Assembly (NCBI GenBank): GCA_964428555.1
Contig: CAYRYS010000001.1
Span: 15,653-79,652 of the forward strand
Direction of reading: 5' to 3'
Length of the DNA stretch: 64,000 nt
DNA from: an uncultured Spirochaetales bacterium
GTDB taxonomy: Bacteria > Spirochaetota > Spirochaetia > CAYRYS01
Both the position numbers and the translations under genes were made by a program. Below are positions 58,580-64,000 of the stretch, one piece after another. How positions within the stretch are numbered: the stretch's first letter is position 1; each line of letters opens with the position of its first letter. The notes beneath the pieces were generated by a model. It searched no databases. It was given only the letters and a program-made list of their open reading frames with translations, and was not told the origin of the DNA.

Positions 58580-59746
58580 ATGCCTTTGCACAGGATGCAT
58601 AACCCAGTACAGAATTACCAATGGGGGTCAAAAACATTATTTAAACAGTATCTTGGTTTTGAAAACAAAGATGAAAAGCCACAAGCAGAGCTGTGGATGG
58701 GAGCACACGAAAAAGCTCCGTCACAGATAAATGAACAAGGCAGTCTTATACCACTGAACTCATACCTTGAAGAAAAGAAAGAGTCCCTACCTTTTCTGTT
58801 TAAGGTTCTTGCTGTTGATCAGCCGCTTTCTATCCAGGCACACCCGACAAAAAAACAGGCAGAAAAAGGATTTGCAGAAGAAGAAAAGCAGGGTGTCCCG
58901 CGGACAGCCGGAAACAGGAATTATAAGGACGATAACCATAAGCCGGAGCTAATCTGTGCATATACTGACTTTACAGCATTGCGCGGTTTTCGTTCTAACA
59001 AAGAAATTGCTGAGAATTTCCAGAATTTTCAAGTGCAGGATTACCTGTTAACAGATTTACAGGGCCTGAAAAATGGAGGAGCCAAGGAGCTCAAGCACTT
59101 TTTCAAGAGTCTTATAGATATTGAGGAAAACGGGAAAAAGCGGCTGCTAAACAAGGTAATAAACTATTCTAATCAGCATGTCACAGAGCCTGAGGCTCAG
59201 CTGGTTTTAAAACTTGCTGAAAAATACCCAGGTGATATTGGTATTGTAAGTCCGTATTTATTAAAAATGGCGGTATTGCAGCCAGGGGAAGCAATGTATT
59301 TACCAGCAGGTGTACTTCATTGTTATATTTCCGGGTTAGGTGTTGAAATAATGGCTAATTCAGATAATGTCCTCCGCGGCGGATTAACTGTAAAACATGT
59401 GGATAAGGAGGAGCTGCTTTCAGTGCTCTCGTTCGAAGAAGGTGACTTTCCAGTTATCAAGCCCATTGATGCAAGGGACGGAAGAAAAATATACCGGAGC
59501 GAAGCACCAGAATTCCAGCTTGAGAAAATAGGTGTGTTAGAGGATGCTCCAATAACAATTAAAACACAGGGACTGCAATCAATATACCTCTGCATGGAAG
59601 GGAAATTGGAAATACGTTCCGGAGATAACAAGCTTACCATGAGCCCCGGAGATTCTGTGTATCAATCCTCTGAAGAAAAAGAAGTTACTTTTACGGGAAC
59701 CGGCCTTGTCTTTCGCGGTACTTTGCCTAATACTGAGAAGAAATGA
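58580..59746 (+). CDS. manA: Mannose-6-phosphate isomerase, class I
   Basis: N-terminal NYQWGSK...ELWMGAH, and an LSIQAHP zinc-binding block. Confidence 0.8.
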   Translation: MPLHRMHNPVQNYQWGSKTLFKQYLGFENKDEKPQAELWMGAHEKAPSQINEQGSLIPLNSYLEEKKESLPFLFKVLAVDQPLSIQAHPTKKQAEKGFAEEEKQGVPRTAGNRNYKDDNHKPELICAYTDFTALRGFRSNKEIAENFQNFQVQDYLLTDLQGLKNGGAKELKHFFKSLIDIEENGKKRLLNKVINYSNQHVTEPEAQLVLKLAEKYPGDIGIVSPYLLKMAVLQPGEAMYLPAGVLHCYISGLGVEIMANSDNVLRGGLTVKHVDKEELLSVLSFEEGDFPVIKPIDARDGRKIYRSEAPEFQLEKIGVLEDAPITIKTQGLQSIYLCMEGKLEIRSGDNKLTMSPGDSVYQSSEEKEVTFTGTGLVFRGTLPNTEKK

Positions 59747-60192
59747 AAATTTATGTAGATGCTGATTCCTGTCCTGCAAGGGTGCGGGAAATTATCGCTG
59801 AAAGGTGCCATTTTCTCAATATTCAGGTGGAGTTTATTGCGAACAGGGAAGTACCTGTCAATAATTATCCTGAGGTGTTATTTCACCTAGTGCCCCAAGG
59901 GGATGGTGCTGCTGACTGCTATATCCTCGAAAATGCTGAACCAGGAGAGTTGGTTGTGACCAGGGACATCCCTCTTGCTGCTGAGTTGGTAAAACGTTCC
60001 GTATTGGTAATAAATGACAGGGGAACTGAATTTACTAAGGATAACGTATATACCAGGCTTGAACAGCGGAATTTTATGCAGCTCCTGCGGGAAGGGGGCA
60101 TTGTGAAAAACCGGGGGAAAAGCTTTGGAATAAAGGAAATTAAGCGCTTTTCTGACACCTTTGACTCTCTGCTTACGCGGCTTGGATTCTGA
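59743..60192 (+). CDS. yaiI: YaiI/YqgE-like UPF0178 (DUF188) family protein
   Basis: The N-terminus MKIYVDADSCP is typical of YaiI. Its start overlaps the manA stop. Confidence 0.65.
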   Translation: MKIYVDADSCPARVREIIAERCHFLNIQVEFIANREVPVNNYPEVLFHLVPQGDGAADCYILENAEPGELVVTRDIPLAAELVKRSVLVINDRGTEFTKDNVYTRLEQRNFMQLLREGGIVKNRGKSFGIKEIKRFSDTFDSLLTRLGF

Positions 60193-60203
60193 GAAAGGTC
60201 TTT

Positions 60204-61871
60204 CTAATCCTCAGAGATGAGTACACCTTCCCATGGTGCAAGTATCAAATCAGTATCTTTATCTACCGACATTCCACAGCGCTCATACCTTGTGGATGCT
60301 GCAATTATTCCGTCATTCTCAGACCTGACTCGACGGGGTCTGCCTGAAAAATTCAGTAAGGCAGTACATATTGTAGAGTCTGCTGTTTCCCTTGAATACG
60401 CAAGCACCTGCTTTGGGTATTTCTTCTTGTCCAGAAGTGTAAGCTTTCCCTTTCTCAGGGCAGGATATTTATTCCGAACTGCGCAAAAGCGCCTGTAACA
60501 GTTCAGCACTGAATCTGGGTCTTTCTTCTCAGTAGAAACATTTACTTTTTCATGGTTCTCATGTACTTCGAGCCAGGGTTGGGTTTTTCTGCTTGTAAAA
60601 CCCGCGTTTTTTCCAGGGGACCACTGCATTGGTGTTCTCGATTCATCTCTGTGAATGCTTCCTCTTAAGAGCTTTTTTGCGATATTGAAAATGAATTTGG
60701 GGAAATATTTAAATTTCAATGCAACCGGATCTTTGGCTTCGGTAATAGGTATATGCTTCTGCTCCATTCCCAGCTCTTCACCATTATAAATAAATGGTAC
60801 ACCCCTGGCAGTCAGCTGAAAGGCTGCATTCAGCTTTGTTTTGCCAATATGGCTGTTTAACTGAGAACAGCGTCTTGCAACATCGTGGTTTCCGAAGACC
60901 AGGGTTGGAATATTCGGTTCTGGAAATTCATGTTCGTATGAGCTGAGCATTTTTCTAAACGCCTTAGCAGTAAATGGGGTTTCCATTGACTGGAATAGGA
61001 AAACCAAATCCAGGCGTTTTTTATCAGGATCAACATACTGTTTGAGTATATTTAGGGGAGCACTTACTTCTCCTACAAGAAATGCATTGCCCTTTGATGC
61101 AATATCTACCTCTTGCTTAAGCTTTTGCATAAACTCAAGTGTATCCGGATGGTTTAGGGTATTTACGGTTTTTTGAAAAAACATAGAGGTATTCTTTGAA
61201 TTTGGGAAAAATACTGGAGAAAATGGGTTATCCTCAAAGTTCTTATCTTCAAAAAGCGCATTGATAATGTCTAAACGAAAACCGTCAACTCCCTTTCTGA
61301 GCCAGTACTGGACAACTTTGAGCATTTCCTTCTGAACTTCCGGTTCTCTGTAGTTCAAGTCCGGCTGGAATGGAAGGAATTGAGCCCAATACCACTGATC
61401 TCTCTGGTCATTATAATGCCATCCGCTTCCCCCGGTCATAGACTTCCAGTTATTCGGCGGCTTTGTATTATTGTCCCTGCCTTTCTGCCAAAGGTAATAA
61501 TTGTGTTTTGGATTGTATTTTGATGATGAAGATTCAATAAACCATTTATGCTCATTGCTCGTATGGTTAAGTACAAGATCAAAAACTATTTTCATATCTC
61601 TGGCATGAACCATCTGAATAAGCCGGTCAATATCATCGTCAGTACCGTACTCTTTGCTGATCTTGTAATAATCTGAAATATCGTAGCCAAAGTCCTTTTG
61701 GGGACTTTTAAAAAACGGGGATATCCAGAGGGTTTCAACACCCAGGTCAGCCAGGTAATCCAGTTTTCGGGTTATCCCATTCAAGTCTCCGATACCGTCA
61801 TTATTGGAGTCAAAAAAGGAGCGAGGATATATCTGATACACAATTGTTTCTTTCCACCAGTTACTTTTCAT
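60204..61871 (-). CDS. GH13 alpha-glucosidase / oligo-1,6-glucosidase family
   Basis: N-terminus WWKETIVYQIYPRSFFDSNNDGIGDLNGI. Catalytic nucleophile context GVDGFRLD and acid/base VGEV. Conserved region IV appears as FGNHD. Confidence 0.85.
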   Translation of the reverse strand: MKSNWWKETIVYQIYPRSFFDSNNDGIGDLNGITRKLDYLADLGVETLWISPFFKSPQKDFGYDISDYYKISKEYGTDDDIDRLIQMVHARDMKIVFDLVLNHTSNEHKWFIESSSSKYNPKHNYYLWQKGRDNNTKPPNNWKSMTGGSGWHYNDQRDQWYWAQFLPFQPDLNYREPEVQKEMLKVVQYWLRKGVDGFRLDIINALFEDKNFEDNPFSPVFFPNSKNTSMFFQKTVNTLNHPDTLEFMQKLKQEVDIASKGNAFLVGEVSAPLNILKQYVDPDKKRLDLVFLFQSMETPFTAKAFRKMLSSYEHEFPEPNIPTLVFGNHDVARRCSQLNSHIGKTKLNAAFQLTARGVPFIYNGEELGMEQKHIPITEAKDPVALKFKYFPKFIFNIAKKLLRGSIHRDESRTPMQWSPGKNAGFTSRKTQPWLEVHENHEKVNVSTEKKDPDSVLNCYRRFCAVRNKYPALRKGKLTLLDKKKYPKQVLAYSRETADSTICTALLNFSGRPRRVRSENDGIIAASTRYERCGMSVDKDTDLILAPWEGVLISED

Positions 61872-62058
61872 ATAAACACTCTATCTGTTATTCTAAATTA
61901 TATCAAGAAAAATCTAGTTATAAAGCATTTTAGATTTACCATCTCAAATCTGAAAAGGTGATTTTGCTGATAGGAGCTGTTGTATGGGAATAGATCAAAA
62001 GAAAGTTGTTTTGATTTCACTATATTATATGTATATTTAAGGAAGATGATGAAAAGGA

Positions 62059-63288
62059 GTGATTTATATGAGAGCAATTGAATTAGCAGAAGGCACATAC
62101 TTCTTACGCGCAAACATTGAGAATGGAGATCTTTTCGAAGGGTTGTGGCCTATCCCGGACGGCGTTTCCCTGAATACTTATCTTGTAAAGGGCGAGAAAA
62201 CTGCAATGATCGATCTTGTCCGGGATTGGGACAATGCTCCGGAGGCGATTACCGGGGAGCTTAAATCTCTCGATGTTGATTACTCAGACCTTGATTACCT
62301 AATTCTTAATCACCTTGAACCTGATCATACCGGATGGTTGAAGGAAATGCATAAAAAGAATCCGAATATAGAGATTTTTGCAACCAAGAAGGGAATAGAC
62401 TTGGTAAAAGAATTCTACGAAATTGAAGAAAATCTGCATTCTATTGAGGATGGGGAGGAGCTTGATTTAGGGAATGGAAAAGTCATTCAGTTTTTTACTG
62501 CCCCAAACGTTCATTGGCCTGAGACTATGGTAACCTATGAAAAGGGAACAGGGATACTTTTTTCCTGCGATGCCTTTGGTTCATTCGGCAGTCTCGGAGA
62601 CGCGGTTTTTGATGATGAGATTTCTGATGAACAGCATGAGTTTTATGAAAAAGAGACACTGCGCTACTACGCGAATATTGTTGCAAGTTTTTCGAACTTT
62701 GTTGAGCGGGCGATAAAAAAACTCAGCGATCTTGATATTAAAATGATTGCCCCTTCACACGGGATTATATGGAGGGAGGATCCTAAAAAAATAATTGACA
62801 GGTATGCGAGGTATGCTTCATACGCAAAAGGCACAGCTGAGCCTGAGATTACCATTGTGTGGGGAAGTATGTACGGAAATACCCAGCGTGTTCTTGGTGA
62901 GGTTGTACGTGGTATCCGGTCGGAAAATGTTCCTGTTCATATTCATCAGGTTCCTAATGAAGATGTCTCATACGCTCTCTCAGACGCATGGAAGAGCACT
63001 GGACTTGTGCTTGGCATGCCTACTTATGAGTATAAAATGTTTCCTCCAATGGCTTATGTGCTTGAGGTTTTTGAGCGAAAACACGTAAAGAATAGACTTG
63101 CTTTCCGTTTTGGTTCTTTCGGATGGTCAGGGGGAGCGCAGAAGGAGCTCGATTCAAGAACTGAAAAAATGAAATGGGATTTTCTTGATCCAGTTGAATG
63201 GCAAGGCGCAGCAGGGGATGAAGACATGAAAACCGCGTATCAGCGTGGTGCAGAACTTGCCAGAGGGGTAAAAGAAAAAGCACAATAA
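62059..63288 (+). CDS. fprA: Flavodiiron protein (FprA-type NO/O2 reductase)
   Basis: Metallo-beta-lactamase-like di-iron site (HLEPDHTGW). C-terminal flavodoxin-like domain. 409 aa. Confidence 0.85.
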   Translation: MIYMRAIELAEGTYFLRANIENGDLFEGLWPIPDGVSLNTYLVKGEKTAMIDLVRDWDNAPEAITGELKSLDVDYSDLDYLILNHLEPDHTGWLKEMHKKNPNIEIFATKKGIDLVKEFYEIEENLHSIEDGEELDLGNGKVIQFFTAPNVHWPETMVTYEKGTGILFSCDAFGSFGSLGDAVFDDEISDEQHEFYEKETLRYYANIVASFSNFVERAIKKLSDLDIKMIAPSHGIIWREDPKKIIDRYARYASYAKGTAEPEITIVWGSMYGNTQRVLGEVVRGIRSENVPVHIHQVPNEDVSYALSDAWKSTGLVLGMPTYEYKMFPPMAYVLEVFERKHVKNRLAFRFGSFGWSGGAQKELDSRTEKMKWDFLDPVEWQGAAGDEDMKTAYQRGAELARGVKEKAQ

Positions 63289-63326
63289 AAGTTCTTCTTT
63301 TATGAAAAGGCAGAAACAGTGAAGTA

Positions 63327-63372
63327 AGCCCGAGTGAATGTGCAGGAGCAATTCACTCGGGATACACTTTTT
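63327..63372. terminator. Bidirectional rho-independent terminator between fprA and asnS
   Basis: Perfect 11-bp CCCGAGTGAAT/ATTCACTCGGG hairpin. T5 downstream on the plus strand; an A/T-rich tract on the other side. Confidence 0.6.
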
Positions 63373-63390
63373 ATGCTCATACCCGCGACA

Positions 63391-64000
63391 TTAGAAATCC
63401 GCGGATTTTACTGCACGGGGGAAGGGGATGACATCTCTGATGTTCTGCATTCCGGTAACATACTGAACAAGCCGTTCAAAGCCTAAGCCGAAACCAGAGT
63501 GCGGAACCGAGCCGTATTTACGTAAATCCAGATACCACCAATAATCTTTTTCATCCAACCCCATTTCCTGAATTCGGGAGCGCAATACCTGGTAATCGTC
63601 TTCTCTTTGGCTTCCTCCGATTATTTCACCTAAACGCGGTACAAGTACATCCATTGCGCGGACCGTCTTACCGTCACTGTTTAGCTTCATGTAAAAAGAT
63701 TTAATTTCCTTAGGATAGTCAATAACAGTAACAGGGCCATGAAAAACTTCTTCAGTTAAATACTTTTCATGCTCAGACTGAAGGTCAGCTCCCCAGGATA
63801 TGGGGAACTCAAATTTTTTGTTTGCTTTCTCTAGTATCTCAATTGCCTCTGTGTAGGTCAGCTGTTTAAAGTCGGATTCAGCAACCTTTTTCAGTGAGTC
63901 TATAAGGCCCGGCTGAATCCTTTTGTTGAAGAACTCCATGTCTTCACTGCACCGGTCAAGGACCCAGAGAATAATGTATTTTAGGAAGTCTTCCGCAAGA
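63391..64000 (-). CDS. asnS: Asparagine--tRNA ligase, C-terminal part (gene continues beyond window end)
   Basis: The class II aaRS motif 3 region and the C-terminus [34 protein letters not shown] are typical of AsnRS. The frame stays open to the window edge. Confidence 0.8.
   Translation of the reverse strand, partial: LAEDFLKYIILWVLDRCSEDMEFFNKRIQPGLIDSLKKVAESDFKQLTYTEAIEILEKANKKFEFPISWGADLQSEHEKYLTEEVFHGPVTVIDYPKEIKSFYMKLNSDGKTVRAMDVLVPRLGEIIGGSQREDDYQVLRSRIQEMGLDEKDYWWYLDLRKYGSVPHSGFGLGFERLVQYVTGMQNIRDVIPFPRAVKSADF

Overview
This looks like a low-GC chromosomal segment from a spirochete-like anaerobe. The gene content supporting that guess is a PPi-dependent phosphofructokinase, a CheX phosphatase, a CheW-CheR fusion inside a cheA-cheW/R-cheX-cheY operon, a flavodiiron protein, and 'WG' beta-repeat lipoproteins. 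The window is about 90% coding and mostly metabolic housekeeping and accessory genes. These include lysine biosynthesis (dapL), pseudouridine catabolism (psuK-psuG), a zinc importer (zupT), a phosphonate-type ABC importer (phnDCE) and an adenosine deaminase. It also carries a nucleoside catabolic block (pdp-deoC-deoB followed by a BMP-family nucleoside ABC transporter) and a sugar block (galK-galT, manA, a GH13 alpha-glucosidase and a GH5 glycanase). Signalling genes are well represented: a class III adenylate cyclase with a heme-c-motif periplasmic sensor, a PAS/HD-GYP phosphodiesterase, a PilZ protein, the che operon and a histidine-kinase-like protein. I found one tRNA and several clean rho-independent terminators. 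I found no CRISPR arrays, transposases, integrases or obvious prophage or defense genes. The strongest candidate for something not previously described is a translationally coupled pair at the left edge: a membrane adenylate cyclase whose periplasmic sensor carries a CxxCH heme-c motif, followed by a cytochrome P460 / c'-beta-like lipoprotein. Other points worth a second look are a structured tandem-repeat intergenic element (5.41-5.77 kb), an APC permease fused to a PTS-EIIA(2)-like domain, a RimB-like/RimK fusion cluster, a PhnE permease with a large N-terminal extracytoplasmic extension, a pair of paralogous secreted beta-rich proteins next to the PilZ/che locus, and a truncated aldo/keto-reductase remnant. 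All calls rest on reading the translated ORFs and the raw sequence by eye; no database search was run.
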